DNA from: Pseudomonadales bacterium
GTDB lineage: Bacteria > Pseudomonadota > Gammaproteobacteria > Pseudomonadales > Azotimanducaceae
Assembly (NCBI GenBank): GCA_038153445.1
Contig: JAYOYG010000002.1
Span: 9,628-73,627 of the forward strand
Reading direction: 5' to 3'
Length of the DNA stretch: 64,000 nucleotides
Made by a program: the position numbers and the translations under genes. Shown here piece by piece: positions 26,703 through 36,541 of this stretch; positions within the stretch are counted from its first letter, which is position 1; the number at the start of each line of letters is the position of its first letter. The notes under the pieces were generated by a model. It did no database searches. It had not been told where the DNA came from and was given only the letters and a program-made list of their open reading frames with translations.

Positions 26703-28247
26703 CTACAGAATGCGGGACTTCCCGTGCCCTTCCCAGTAGCGATCCCGGAGCAGACGCTTATACAGCTTGCCCGTGGGATGGCGCGGCAGCTCCGCTTCAA
26801 AATCGACGGAGCGGGGGCACTTCAGGTGAGCCAGGTTCGCTCGGCAGAAGGCGATGAGTTCTTCTGCAAGCTCGGGCCCGGCAAGGTCCATGGAGAGGGG
26901 CTGGACCACGGCCTTCACCTCTTCCCCGAATTCCTCGTTAGGGACCCCAAATACCGCAACGTCCGCCACCTTGTCGTGGGTGACGAGGAGGTTCTCGACT
27001 TCCTGGGGATAGATGTTCACGCCCCCGGAAATGATCATGAAGGTCTTCCGATCGGTGAGGAACAGGAAGCCATCCTCGTCGACGTAGCCCATGTCCCCGA
27101 GGGTGGTCCAGCCGCGCTGGGAGGGGTGCTGGGAGTCAGCGGTTTTGTCCGGGTCGTTGTGGTATTCGAAGGTGCCGCCATCACTAAAGTAGATCGTGCC
27201 CGTCTCCCCCGGGGGAAGTTCGCGCCCGTCGTCGTCGCAGATGTGCACCGCGCCGAGGAGGGGACGGCCCACGGTACCGGGGTGAGCAAGCCATTCCTGA
27301 GGACCAGCGGCGCAGAAGCCATTGCCTTCCGTGCCCGCGTAGTACTCGTGAATGACCGGTCCCCACCAGTCCATCATGGCTTGCTTCACGGGGACGGGGC
27401 AGGGGGCCGCGGCGTGGATAGCGACCTTCAGGCTTGAGACGTCATAGCGGAGCCGATCCGCCTCGGGGAGCTTCAGCATGCGGACGAACATGGTGGGCAC
27501 AAACTGGCCGTGGGTCAGCTGGTGCTTCTCGATGAGGGCGAGGGCTTCCTCCGGATCGAAGCGCTCCATGATGACCGAGGTGCCCCCGTGGCGCATGACC
27601 GCCATGTTGTAGCGCAAGGGCGCCGAGTGATAGAGCGGCGCCGGGGATAGGTAGCGGACGTTCTCATCCATTTGATAGAGGGCCTGGGTGAGGCCCAGGA
27701 GGCCGCCGGCGCTGCCGAGGGGCTCGCCGCTTAAGGGCACCTTGATGCCCTTGGGGCGCCCCGTGGTGCCGGAGGAGTAGAGCATATCCGCCCCTTCCGT
27801 TTCGTCAGCAATGGGCGTGGTGGGCTGGGAGGCTACGGCGCTTTCCCAGCTGTCAAAGCCCTCGATGGTTCCGTTCAGCATGAAGCGATGGACGTTCAAG
27901 CGCCCCGCAAGGCGGCCGGCGAGGTCGCGCTGCGCATGGGTGGTGATGAACACCTTCGCTTCACAATCCTCAACGATGTAAGCAACTTCTTCTTCCTGGA
28001 GCCGGTAGCTAATGGCCGTGTAGTAGAGCCCAGCGCGCTGCGCCGCCCAGCACAGGGTGAAGAAGGCGGGGTGGTTCTCCATCATGATGGCGATGTGGTC
28101 CCCCACCCCCAGCCCCAGGCTTCGGAACAGCTGGGCCCCCTGATTCGAGCGGGCTTCGAGGTCTCCGTAGGTGACCGTCTCCCCCGAGGCGGCAAAAATA
28201 TAGGCGGGTTTGTCGGGGTTCTTAGCAGCGTGTATTCCAGGGTGCAT
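26703..28247 (-). CDS. Acyl-CoA synthetase (AMP-forming, FadD-like)
   Basis: 514 aa. AMP-binding motif MLYSSGTTGRPKGI; also YYAGTEG, LGDMGYVDEDGFL and the C-terminal PRHPTGKLYKR. Confidence 0.9.
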   Translation of the reverse strand: MHPGIHAAKNPDKPAYIFAASGETVTYGDLEARSNQGAQLFRSLGLGVGDHIAIMMENHPAFFTLCWAAQRAGLYYTAISYRLQEEEVAYIVEDCEAKVFITTHAQRDLAGRLAGRLNVHRFMLNGTIEGFDSWESAVASQPTTPIADETEGADMLYSSGTTGRPKGIKVPLSGEPLGSAGGLLGLTQALYQMDENVRYLSPAPLYHSAPLRYNMAVMRHGGTSVIMERFDPEEALALIEKHQLTHGQFVPTMFVRMLKLPEADRLRYDVSSLKVAIHAAAPCPVPVKQAMMDWWGPVIHEYYAGTEGNGFCAAGPQEWLAHPGTVGRPLLGAVHICDDDGRELPPGETGTIYFSDGGTFEYHNDPDKTADSQHPSQRGWTTLGDMGYVDEDGFLFLTDRKTFMIISGGVNIYPQEVENLLVTHDKVADVAVFGVPNEEFGEEVKAVVQPLSMDLAGPELAEELIAFCRANLAHLKCPRSVDFEAELPRHPTGKLYKRLLRDRYWEGHGKSRIL

Positions 28248-28278
28248 GGTGCGTCATTCTCCAACGGGCCGCGGCGCC

Positions 28279-30510
28279 CTAGGGGGCGCTGACCGCGGCG
28301 GTTTGGCGTAGGGATAGGTAATCGACCAGGATCTCGGCGCCCTCGGCGAGCAGCGCATCTCGGTCTTCTTCATCGTCCTCTTCTTCCGCTAGGTCGCTAT
28401 CGGCATCGCTTTCAAGATCCTCCACGAGGGCGCTGGCGGCCTTGATGGTGGCATCTTCCGTGCTGTCCTCGTCCTGGCTTTCGGAGTCGTCATCGTCTTC
28501 CTTTTCCAGGGCCTCTAGGCTGGCCACCACAGGAAGGCCCTTCGCTTCCCGCCGAGTGTTCTCTATGGCCAGACGCAGGGCCTCATCCTCCTCACGCTCC
28601 AGGCGCCGCTGCGCCTCGTTAAGAGAAAGGCGATTGCGGGCGCTTCGGGCTCGGGCCCGTTCCACCATGGCTTCCAGGTAGGCAAAGTCCGGGTCCGTTT
28701 CCACGCGGGTTTCGTGCCGGTCCTCGAGGAGCGCCAGCAGCGGGGCCAAGTTGGGTCCCCGGCGATAGCGGGTGGGCCGTATTACGTCCCAGGGCAGGGC
28801 GTCATCGAGCGTGCTCTCGCCAATTTCATCCCGGTCGTAGACCTCGGGGTACTCAATGTCCGGAATCACCCCCTGGTGCTGGGTACTCTGCCCCGACACC
28901 CGGTAGAACTTGGCCTGGGTCATCTTGAGCTGGCCCCGGTTTAAGGGGATGAGGGTTTGCACCGTGCCCTTGCCGAAGGTTTGCCCCCCCAGGACCAGGC
29001 CTCGCTGGTAATCCTGGATGGCGCCGGCGAAGATCTCCGAGGCGGAGGCCGACAAGCGATTCACCAACACGGCGAGGGGCCCTTCCCAGGCCACCTGCCC
29101 GTCTTCGTCATTAAAGAGATCGACCCGGCCGCTGGCGCTGCGAATTTGCACCGTGGGGCCCGCTTCAATGAAGAGCCCCGTGAGGGCGTTGGCTTCCTGA
29201 AGGGAGCCGCCGCCATTATTGCGAAGGTCGATGACAATGCCGTCCACCGGTTCGCAGGGCGCCGCGGCCTCGGCCTCCGCTGCCTCCGTGTCTTCACAGC
29301 GCAGCCCCTCAATCAGGCGCTGCACGTCCCGGGTGGTGCTCTTGTATTCCGGATCTCCCTGCTGAAGCGCTTTGAAGTCGATGTAGAAGGTGGGGATGTC
29401 GATCACCCCTATGCGGTAGGTGTCCTGGCCTCGGGGTACCTCGATGACTTCACTTTGCGCCGATTGCTCTTCGAGCTTTACGGCCTCCCGCACCAGGCTT
29501 AGGACCCGGGGCGGGGCCCCGGCTTCGCTATCCGGCGGAAGCACTTCAAGGCGCACCGTGGTGCCCGCGGGCCCTCGAATGAGATCCACGACGTCATCGA
29601 GGCGCCAGCCCACGACGTCCACAAATTCCCCGTCTTCCCCCTGGGCCACGGCGCTGATGCGATCGGACGGCTCAATCTGCTTGCTCTTCTCCGCCGGCCC
29701 CGCGGGGACCAGGCTCGCGATGGTGGTGTATTCGTCTTCTACCCGCAGTACCGCGCCAATGCCCTCGAGGGACAGGCTCATCTGGATGTTGAAGTTCTCC
29801 GAGGTGCGCGGAGAAAAGTATTGCGTATGGGGGTCGTAGCTCGCCGCCAGAGCGTTCATGTAGAGCTGGAAGGCATCCTCGGCGGTGGTCTGCCTCAACC
29901 GGTTCAGGCGGTTGCGGTAGCGTTTCTCAAGGAGGGGGCCAATCTCGTCGTCCGCCTTATCCGCGAGCTTGAGGGATAGCACGCTGGCCTTTAAGCGCCG
30001 GCGCCAAAGGTCCTCGCGCGCCTCAGCGCTGGCGAGGAAGGGCTCCTCGCTCCGATCCATGGCGAGGTATTCCTCTTTGCTGAAATCGAGGGTCTCGATG
30101 CCGCTCTCCAAGAGGCGAAGCAGGGACTCGAGCTGGGTCTCCGCGGCGGCTTGGTAGCGGTTAAAGATTTCGAAGGCGGGGGTCAGATCCCCGCGCCGGA
30201 GCGCATCGTCTAGGGTGTAGCGGTAGCGCTCGAACTGGGCGATGTCGCCCTCGAGAAAGTAGGCGCGCTGGGGGTCTAAGGCATCGAGGTAATGATCCAG
30301 CGTGTCGCTGGAAAGGGTGTCGTCGATGGCCCGACGCACGTAGTGGTGCCGCGCAAGCTGCTCAAGAACCGCAAGGGCCGTTTCGGGATGTTCGGCCTCC
30401 GGCGAAAGGGGCGTGAGGGGGCCCTCCTCGGGGCTTAGGGCCTGAGCCCCAGCCGTAAAGGACAGGGCAAGAAGGGCCGCGGTCAGCGGCCGAAGAAGCG
30501 GGTTTCGCAT
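28279..30510 (-). CDS. prc: Carboxy-terminal processing (tail-specific) protease, S41 family, with a long acidic tail
   Basis: 743 aa. Signal peptide MRNPLLRPLTAALLALSFTAGAQA. PDZ region, then S41 motifs DLRNNGGGSL, SASASEIFAGAIQDY and GKGTVQ. The C-terminal ~75 aa are Asp/Glu-rich. Confidence 0.9.
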   Translation of the reverse strand: MRNPLLRPLTAALLALSFTAGAQALSPEEGPLTPLSPEAEHPETALAVLEQLARHHYVRRAIDDTLSSDTLDHYLDALDPQRAYFLEGDIAQFERYRYTLDDALRRGDLTPAFEIFNRYQAAAETQLESLLRLLESGIETLDFSKEEYLAMDRSEEPFLASAEAREDLWRRRLKASVLSLKLADKADDEIGPLLEKRYRNRLNRLRQTTAEDAFQLYMNALAASYDPHTQYFSPRTSENFNIQMSLSLEGIGAVLRVEDEYTTIASLVPAGPAEKSKQIEPSDRISAVAQGEDGEFVDVVGWRLDDVVDLIRGPAGTTVRLEVLPPDSEAGAPPRVLSLVREAVKLEEQSAQSEVIEVPRGQDTYRIGVIDIPTFYIDFKALQQGDPEYKSTTRDVQRLIEGLRCEDTEAAEAEAAAPCEPVDGIVIDLRNNGGGSLQEANALTGLFIEAGPTVQIRSASGRVDLFNDEDGQVAWEGPLAVLVNRLSASASEIFAGAIQDYQRGLVLGGQTFGKGTVQTLIPLNRGQLKMTQAKFYRVSGQSTQHQGVIPDIEYPEVYDRDEIGESTLDDALPWDVIRPTRYRRGPNLAPLLALLEDRHETRVETDPDFAYLEAMVERARARSARNRLSLNEAQRRLEREEDEALRLAIENTRREAKGLPVVASLEALEKEDDDDSESQDEDSTEDATIKAASALVEDLESDADSDLAEEEDDEEDRDALLAEGAEILVDYLSLRQTAAVSAP

Positions 30511-30687
30511 GCGTCACATCCTAAGGTGGGCGTGGGTGCGAAGGCCGAGGCGCGCTTACGTGCCAGGCCCCCTTTGCCTCGGTATAGTAGGCGTCGCCAT
30601 TTGGGCCACGCAACCGCAGCGTGTCCCCGCGCCGAAGGCCCCGGGGAGGGCCCCGGTTTCATTCCCTTGCCTTGGAGCACCCTTGCT

Positions 30688-31407
30688 ATGGCCACGGCCT
30701 TATTTAAGCCCGTCCTTTTGACCGCCACCCTCAGTACTTTGCTGCTCGCCGGCTGCGCCCCGCAGGAAGGGGACGGGCCGAAGGCAGCGCCCACGAGCGA
30801 CGCGGGGCGCGTCAGCTACGGCCTGGGCTACAACACCGTGGAAAGCCTCGCGGGGCAGCTTGAGGAAGATTTTGACGGCGAGGCCTTCGCTCAAGGGGTG
30901 GCTGACGCCGTGGCCGGGCGGCCCCAGCAGGTGGATGAGGCGGGCCTAAACGACGCTCGGGATAGCATTGTGGAGCGGCGCCAGGCGGAGGCCGACGCCG
31001 AAGCGGCCTCGGCCGCGGAGGAAGCGGCGCGCTTCCTTGAGGAAAACCAAAGCCAGGAGGGGGTCGTGGTTACGGCGTCCGGGCTCCAGTACCAAGTGCT
31101 GAAGCGGAGCGACAGCGAGCAGCGGCCAACGCCGGAAGATACGGTGCGCACCCACTACACCGGGCAGCTCGCGGATGGCAGCGTGTTTGACAGCTCGGAA
31201 GCCCGGGGCGTTCCCGCCACCTTTGGGGTCAGCCGGGTGATTCCGGGCTGGCAGGAGGCGCTCCAGCTCATGGCCGTGGGCGATCGCTTCAAGCTCTGGA
31301 TACCCCCGGAGCTGGCCTACGGCAGCCGCGGGGCCGGGGATAGCATCCCCCCGAACGCTGCCCTGGTCTTTGAGGTAGAGCTTCTCGCGATCAACCCCGA
31401 AGACTGA
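30688..31407 (+). CDS. FKBP-type peptidyl-prolyl cis-trans isomerase, lipoprotein
   Basis: Listed ORF is 30526..31407, trimmed to the ATG at 30688. Lipobox LLLAGC. FKBP domain YTGQLADGSVFDSS, VIPGWQEAL and PPNAALVFEVELL. Confidence 0.85.
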   Translation: MATALFKPVLLTATLSTLLLAGCAPQEGDGPKAAPTSDAGRVSYGLGYNTVESLAGQLEEDFDGEAFAQGVADAVAGRPQQVDEAGLNDARDSIVERRQAEADAEAASAAEEAARFLEENQSQEGVVVTASGLQYQVLKRSDSEQRPTPEDTVRTHYTGQLADGSVFDSSEARGVPATFGVSRVIPGWQEALQLMAVGDRFKLWIPPELAYGSRGAGDSIPPNAALVFEVELLAINPED

Positions 31408-31416
31408 TCCGGCGCC

Positions 31417-32700
31417 ATGGCGAAGGATCGAAGCCCGGCCGCTGCGGCGGCCGAGGATCCTGCCAGGTCCACGCCCCGCCGCCGGAAAGCGCCCTTTCTG
31501 GGTTGGCGTATGGTGGCGGTGGCCTTTTTTGTCGATTTCATCGCCGTGGGGTTTTTCTTCTACTCCTACGGTGTGTTCTTTAAGGCCCTGGCTGCGGAGT
31601 TTGGTGGGGCCCGCTTTGATGTCTCCCTGGGCCTGACCTTGGTGAACGCCGTGGGGGCGCTCCTTGCGCCGTTTCTCGGGCAGGCGTTGGATCGCTACCC
31701 CATCAAATATGTCATCGCCGCGGGCACGGCCGCCATGAGCCTGGGCTTTTGCCTGCTGAGCTTGATTACAGCGCAGTGGCAGTTCTACCTGATTCTCTCC
31801 ACCCTCATCGGCTTCGGCCTGAACTCCATGGGTGGCCTGGCCACGGCGAAGTTGGTGGCCAACTGGTTCGATCGCCGGCGGGGCATGGCCCTCGGCGTGG
31901 CCACCATGGGCATTTCCCTCTCCGGCGTGCTGATGCCCGTGCTCTCCGCTCTGCTAATCGAGGCCGTCGGCTGGCGCGGGGGTTTTTTGGTCTTCGGCGC
32001 TTTCACCGCGCTTCTCGTTTTGCCCGTGACCCTGCGCTTTGTGGTCTCCTCCCCGGAGCACCTCGGCCTCGCCCCGGATGGCGATAAACCATCGCCAGCC
32101 CCCGCCGCGCCGAGGCCCGTGCTCGCGACCCGCGGTTTTCTGCGCGATCGGAACTTTTGGATGCTGACCCTCTGCGTGGGGTGCCTTTTTTGCTGCATGA
32201 GCGCGACGCTCACGCACATGGTTCCTAGGGTGAGCGATCTTGGCTACACCGTGCTCGAAGCGGCGCCCATCTTGTCCTTCGGGGCCGCGGCGGGGGTGCT
32301 TGGGAAGGTGCTCTTCGGCTACCTGGTGGATCGGGTCGATCCTCGGGTGGCTCTCTACACCGCGATTGGGACCCAGTTCCTGGGGCAGCTGGGCATGCTG
32401 CAGACCACGGACTACGCCCTCTTTGCGGTCTTTGCGACGCTCTTTGGTTTTGGCATGGGGGGCATCGTGCCGCTCCACGGGGCCATTGCGGGACAGGTGT
32501 TTGGGCGGGAGAATTTCGGCAAGGTCATGGGGCTTATGCGCCCGGCCATGATGCCTCTGCAAATCGCCGGCTTACCCTTTGCTGGGTGGGTTTTTGACCG
32601 TTTCGGGGCGTACGATCTGGCATTCCAGGTATTCCTGGTGCTTTATGGGCTGAGCGCGCTCTGCGCCTCCGCGCTGCGCATCGAAAAATCCACGGCCTAG
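31417..32700 (+). CDS. MFS transporter (oxalate/formate antiporter-like)
   Basis: 427 aa with 12 predicted TM segments. Motif LVANWFDRRRGMALG. Confidence 0.85.
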   Translation: MAKDRSPAAAAAEDPARSTPRRRKAPFLGWRMVAVAFFVDFIAVGFFFYSYGVFFKALAAEFGGARFDVSLGLTLVNAVGALLAPFLGQALDRYPIKYVIAAGTAAMSLGFCLLSLITAQWQFYLILSTLIGFGLNSMGGLATAKLVANWFDRRRGMALGVATMGISLSGVLMPVLSALLIEAVGWRGGFLVFGAFTALLVLPVTLRFVVSSPEHLGLAPDGDKPSPAPAAPRPVLATRGFLRDRNFWMLTLCVGCLFCCMSATLTHMVPRVSDLGYTVLEAAPILSFGAAAGVLGKVLFGYLVDRVDPRVALYTAIGTQFLGQLGMLQTTDYALFAVFATLFGFGMGGIVPLHGAIAGQVFGRENFGKVMGLMRPAMMPLQIAGLPFAGWVFDRFGAYDLAFQVFLVLYGLSALCASALRIEKSTA

Positions 32701-32713
32701 GGAGAGGCTCACC

Positions 32714-32917
32714 ATGGCTGGCTCGGGAAGCACGCTTCGCCGTCGCATCCTCCTCGGAAGCGCTCTTCTGGGCGGCTTCTTCTGGATTTTCTGGGACAGC
32801 TGGGGGCTCGATCCTGCGCTCTTGGCCGAGTTCCTTTTCGGCGCAAGCCTCCTGGTGCTGGCCTGCGCCGTTCCCGCCGCTGTCGTGGGTTGGCTGCTTG
32901 CGCGCTGGCGCCGTTAG
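32714..32917 (+). CDS. Small hypothetical membrane protein (two TM segments)
   Basis: 67 aa, starting 13 nt after the MFS gene. It has two hydrophobic helices and basic termini. No family recognised. Confidence 0.35.
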   Translation: MAGSGSTLRRRILLGSALLGGFFWIFWDSWGLDPALLAEFLFGASLLVLACAVPAAVVGWLLARWRR

Positions 32918-32927
32918 CTCGCGCCCC

Positions 32928-33006
32928 CTAGCGCACGCCGCTAGCGCACGCCGCTAGCACGCGTCTGCTAACGCGCGTCTGCTAACGCGCGTCTGCTAAC
33001 GCGCGT
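32928..33006. repeat. Compound short tandem repeat: 13-bp unit x2, one degenerate unit, then 14-bp unit x3
   Basis: Read directly: CTAGCGCACGCCG at 32928-32940 and 32941-32953; CTAGCACGCGT at 32954-32964; CTGCTAACGCGCGT at 32965-32978, 32979-32992 and 32993-33006. Each 14-mer contains the 8-bp palindrome ACGCGCGT. The last copy supplies the pyrC stop codon and final codons. Confidence 0.9.
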
Positions 33007-34048
33007 CCCCCACCAACCGCCAGGGGAGCGTTTCGCCGCCGTGGTAGATCCGCACGTCCCCGAGGGGCGTGGCCCAGTTCACGGGCACGGGGTCTTCGGT
33101 CCGCTCCAGGGTGACCGTGCCCTCGTTCAGGGGCAGGCCGTAGAAGCGGGGCCCGAATTCGCTGGCAAAGGCCTCGAGCCGGTCAAGGGCGCCGTCTTCC
33201 TCGAAGGTGGTGGCGTAGCTTTCCAGGGCGACGGGGGCGCTAAAGATGCCCGCGCAGCCGCAGGCGCTTTCCTTATCGCTCACCAAATGGGGCGCCGAGT
33301 CCGTGCCGAGGAAGAACTTCGGGTTGCCGCTGGTGGCGGCGCGGCGAAGGGCGAGGCGGTGAACCTCTCGCTTCGCCACGGGCAAGCAAAAGTGGTGGGG
33401 GCGCATGCCCCCCACCAGCAGATCATTACGGTTCAGCCGAAGATGATGGGCCGTGATGGTTGCCGCAAGGTTCGGCCCTTCGCTCTCCACGTAGGCTACC
33501 GCCTCCGCCGTGGTGATGTGCTCAAACACGACCTTCAGCTCCGGATGGCGCTGGCGCAGGGGCTTTAATTCGCGCTCGATGAAGACGGCCTCGCGATCAA
33601 AGATGTCGATTTCAGGGTCGACGACTTCTCCGTGAATGAGCAGGGGCATGCCCAGCTCGGCCATGGTTTCGAAGACAGGGTCGAGGACCTTAAGGTTCCG
33701 AACCCCGGCGTCGGAGTTGGTGGTGGCGCCGGCTGGGTAGAGCTTCACCGCGGTCACAAGACCCGCTTCCCTGCCCTGGCGCAGGTCCTCCGCGTCGGTG
33801 GTTTCCGTGAGGTAAAGGGTCATGAGCGGCTCGAAGGCCTGGCCTGGCGGAATCGCTGAGAGGATGGCGTCCCGGTAGCGCGCGGCGTCTTCGCTGCGTC
33901 GCACCGGCGGCACTAAGTTCGGCATGACGATGGCCCGGCGAAACTGGGCGCTGGTCGCCGGGGCCACGGCGGCAAGCATGGCTCCGTCGCGAAGGTGCAG
34001 GTGCCAATCGTCCGGAGTGCGCAGGGTCAGGCGTAGGGGGGCGGTCAT
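32996..34048 (-). CDS. pyrC: Dihydroorotase (class II, homodimeric type)
   Basis: 350 aa. N-terminus [15 protein letters not shown] closely matches E. coli PyrC. Also [11 protein letters not shown] and GTDSAPH. Confidence 0.9.
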   Translation of the reverse strand: MTAPLRLTLRTPDDWHLHLRDGAMLAAVAPATSAQFRRAIVMPNLVPPVRRSEDAARYRDAILSAIPPGQAFEPLMTLYLTETTDAEDLRQGREAGLVTAVKLYPAGATTNSDAGVRNLKVLDPVFETMAELGMPLLIHGEVVDPEIDIFDREAVFIERELKPLRQRHPELKVVFEHITTAEAVAYVESEGPNLAATITAHHLRLNRNDLLVGGMRPHHFCLPVAKREVHRLALRRAATSGNPKFFLGTDSAPHLVSDKESACGCAGIFSAPVALESYATTFEEDGALDRLEAFASEFGPRFYGLPLNEGTVTLERTEDPVPVNWATPLGDVRIYHGGETLPWRLVGDAR

Positions 34049-34073
34049 GGGCGATCAATCTCCAGTGGGGGGC

Positions 34074-34331
34074 CTACTTCTGGAAGTCCCGCTTCCATAC
34101 CTCGTAGGGCATGCCGTACACCCGTTCCCGGGCAGCGCTGTCTTCCAGGGGCGCCCCGGCCGCTTCCGCTGCTTCCCGGTACCAGCGGCTGAGGCAGTTT
34201 CGGCAAAAGCCAGCGAGATTCATGAGATCGATGTTCTGCACGTCCCGATGGCTGTCTAAGTGCTCAAGCAGCCGGCGAAAGGCCGCGGCTTCGATGGCAT
34301 TTTGTTCTGGACTTGGGGCTGGATGATCCAT
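34074..34331 (-). CDS. DUF1244 family protein
   Basis: 85 aa. Conserved core LMNLAGFCRNCLSRWY as I recall for DUF1244. Confidence 0.7.
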   Translation of the reverse strand: MDHPAPSPEQNAIEAAAFRRLLEHLDSHRDVQNIDLMNLAGFCRNCLSRWYREAAEAAGAPLEDSAARERVYGMPYEVWKRDFQK

Positions 34332-34339
34332 GGGGCCTC

Positions 34340-35497
34340 CTAGGGGCGTTCAGCTTCGAAGGTTTGCAGGATGGCCGGGAGCAGATCGGCCCCGAGGGCC
34401 TGGCTCCGAGCCGGGGACCAGCCTTCCTCGGGATCGGGGTGATTGCGATCATCCTTGAAGGGCATTTCCAGGGTAAAGGCTGGGCAGTGAAAGCGGTGCG
34501 CTACGGCGGCCGTGGCCATGGTGAGATTCGCGCGCCCCGGGGGCGCCACGGGATAGCCGTAGCGCTGCTGATAGGCCGGATTCAAGGCTTCTAGATGATC
34601 GCGGAAGCGCTGCTGCCGGGCGGCCCAGCGCGCTCCTGCGTCGCCGTCCCCGAAGCCCGGCACGCCCTCGCAGCCTGCGGTGAAGACATAGGGCAGGGCT
34701 TCATCGCCGTGAAGATCGAGAAACAGCGCAACCCCGCTGTTTGCCATGGCTTGCCATACCCCGGCGACCTCCGGGGCGGAAAGCCCCACCGGATCCTGCC
34801 AGGCGCGGTTCAAGTTGGTGCCCGCGGCGTTGGTGCGCAGATAGCCCCGGGCGGCCCCATCGGGGTTCATGTTGGGGACGATGTGGAACTCAAAGCTTTC
34901 CCGCAGGCGCTGGCTGCTGTCCCGGGTGGGATCGAGCAGGGCGCGGATCAGCCCCTCACTGGCCCAGCTCGCCATGGTTTCTCCCGGGTGCTGGCGAGCA
35001 ATTACCCAAATCGGCGTGCCCCCGGGTTTGCCGATGCGCAGCCCCTCCACCGGGCGCCCTTCGCAAGAGACGGCCCAACAATGGCGCGCCGCGCCCTGGG
35101 CGCTGGCCCAGGCCAAGAGGTTGTCGATAGCGGGTTGGTCGTGGGGGACGAAGTAGGCGCAGTCCACCCAGCCGCCCTCTAGGGGGGCTTCCCAGCTGAG
35201 GACCCCCTCGGCGTAGGTGGTGGGGTGCCGATGCCACCCCTTCCCGCCGTGGCGAAGCACCACCGCATAGTCGTCCCAGCCCCGGGGGTAGGCCGCGTCC
35301 CCGGCATTCACCAGGCGGACCTTTACGCGCTGCCCCGCCGTGCCCCAGAGGCGAAAGTAAAACCATTGGAGGAAGGGCTTGTCCTCGCCGCCGGCGTCCG
35401 GGGTAATTTCCACCTCTGCGGTGGCGGCCTCGGGGTGCCAGGCCCGAAGGCAGCCATTGCCGCCGGGAAAGGCGCTGCTGAAATGGAGTTCAGCCAT
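34340..35497 (-). CDS. M14 family zinc carboxypeptidase (cytosolic carboxypeptidase-like, with N-terminal beta-domain)
   Basis: Listed ORF is 34340..35542, trimmed to the ATG at 35495-35497 (MAELHFSS). Zinc-ligand contexts are ARQHPGETMASW (HxxE) and FLDLHGDE. No signal peptide. Confidence 0.8.
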   Translation of the reverse strand: MAELHFSSAFPGGNGCLRAWHPEAATAEVEITPDAGGEDKPFLQWFYFRLWGTAGQRVKVRLVNAGDAAYPRGWDDYAVVLRHGGKGWHRHPTTYAEGVLSWEAPLEGGWVDCAYFVPHDQPAIDNLLAWASAQGAARHCWAVSCEGRPVEGLRIGKPGGTPIWVIARQHPGETMASWASEGLIRALLDPTRDSSQRLRESFEFHIVPNMNPDGAARGYLRTNAAGTNLNRAWQDPVGLSAPEVAGVWQAMANSGVALFLDLHGDEALPYVFTAGCEGVPGFGDGDAGARWAARQQRFRDHLEALNPAYQQRYGYPVAPPGRANLTMATAAVAHRFHCPAFTLEMPFKDDRNHPDPEEGWSPARSQALGADLLPAILQTFEAERP

Positions 35498-36410
35498 CGG
35501 TGTCGTCCTTTTGAAGGCCCCCAAGGGCCGGCAGCAGCGCATCGATGAGCTTGCCGAGGGTGGGCGCGAGGAGGGCTAGATTGGCATCTAGCGCGGCCGC
35601 CGCGTCCTCTGCGGGGGTGTCGTCGTTGGCTTCGGGAAGGCGGAGCCTTTTGATCACCCCTTCCTCGTCGAGCACGAAACTCACCGCGGCATCATCGGTT
35701 AGCTGATAGTGCAGCTCCAGGGCGGTGACGCGAAGGCCCCGCTCGAGGGTGGCGTGCACCTCCGCTTCATCGAGGTCCTGGCCTCGGAAGCGAACCTTAT
35801 TCGCCCGGTCCAAGGGATGTTCGAGATCGGCCCATTGCCCAAGAGAAAAGCCCGCGGGCAGGGGATCCCCCATGAGCCAGCGGGTGAGCACGCCGTCTAA
35901 GGGGTTTTCGAAGCGCAGGGGGGCGATGGGCAGGCTGCCCAGGGCCCCTCGGAGGCTCTCCAGCACAGCTTCAGCCTTTGCGGCCACGCTGCCCTCCGTC
36001 GCGAGGAGGCCCCGGTCCCGATCGATGAGCACCCAGGTGCGGCGGGACCGAACCAGAGCCTGGGAGAGGAGTTCGCTGGTGAGCGTTTCGATCAGTTCCC
36101 GCCGCGCCATGCCCTTCACAGGAATGCCCGTTTTCGCCTCTTGCGCTGCCGCGCGCTCGGGGTAGCACTCCATGATGGCGGCCTTCGGCAGGATCCGCTC
36201 CTGGGTACGCAGGCGACAGAGCTGGAAGGGGCCTTGGCCGAGCACGTGGGCGCCATCCTCCTCCTCGAGCAGGGGCGCCCAGCCGCTTCGTTCCGTCTGC
36301 CCCGGGCCACAGGGGGTGAAGGGTTGAGACGCGAGGGCTTGGTCGAATTCCTCATCGGAGAGGGTCCAGGGGGCGCGGAGCTGCCATAGGCGAAGAGCGC
36401 GAAACCACAT
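35490..36410 (-). CDS. rdgC: Recombination-associated protein RdgC
   Basis: Listed ORF is 35490..36461, trimmed to the ATG at 36408-36410. The N-terminus MWFRALRLWQL parallels E. coli RdgC, and length is ~306 aa. Confidence 0.85.
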   Translation of the reverse strand: MWFRALRLWQLRAPWTLSDEEFDQALASQPFTPCGPGQTERSGWAPLLEEEDGAHVLGQGPFQLCRLRTQERILPKAAIMECYPERAAAQEAKTGIPVKGMARRELIETLTSELLSQALVRSRRTWVLIDRDRGLLATEGSVAAKAEAVLESLRGALGSLPIAPLRFENPLDGVLTRWLMGDPLPAGFSLGQWADLEHPLDRANKVRFRGQDLDEAEVHATLERGLRVTALELHYQLTDDAAVSFVLDEEGVIKRLRLPEANDDTPAEDAAAALDANLALLAPTLGKLIDALLPALGGLQKDDTDG

Positions 36411-36541
36411 AGGGGGGTCCTTGTGCCGGAGGCCGGGAAGTATGAAGGACTCCGAGCCCAAGCTCTATGATTTGCCATGGCGATGAGGTGCGCGCCTTCG
36501 CTGAGCGGTCTACACTGACTCCGGGCACAGGGGGAATCTCT

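Noticed and set aside
32928-33006. Possible CRISPR array or mobile-element terminal repeat.
   Set aside because: The units are 13-14 bp and directly abutting, with no spacers. There are no cas or transposase genes and no matching inverted copy that I could see. It is a simple tandem repeat.
36411-36541. Explicit sigma-70 promoter call for the CHAT operon (TTGCCA at 36472-36477, TATGAT at 36466-36471, TACACT at 36511-36516).
   Set aside because: Spacing between the candidate -35 and -10 hexamers is wrong (33 nt, or overlapping). No convincing pair could be assembled by eye.
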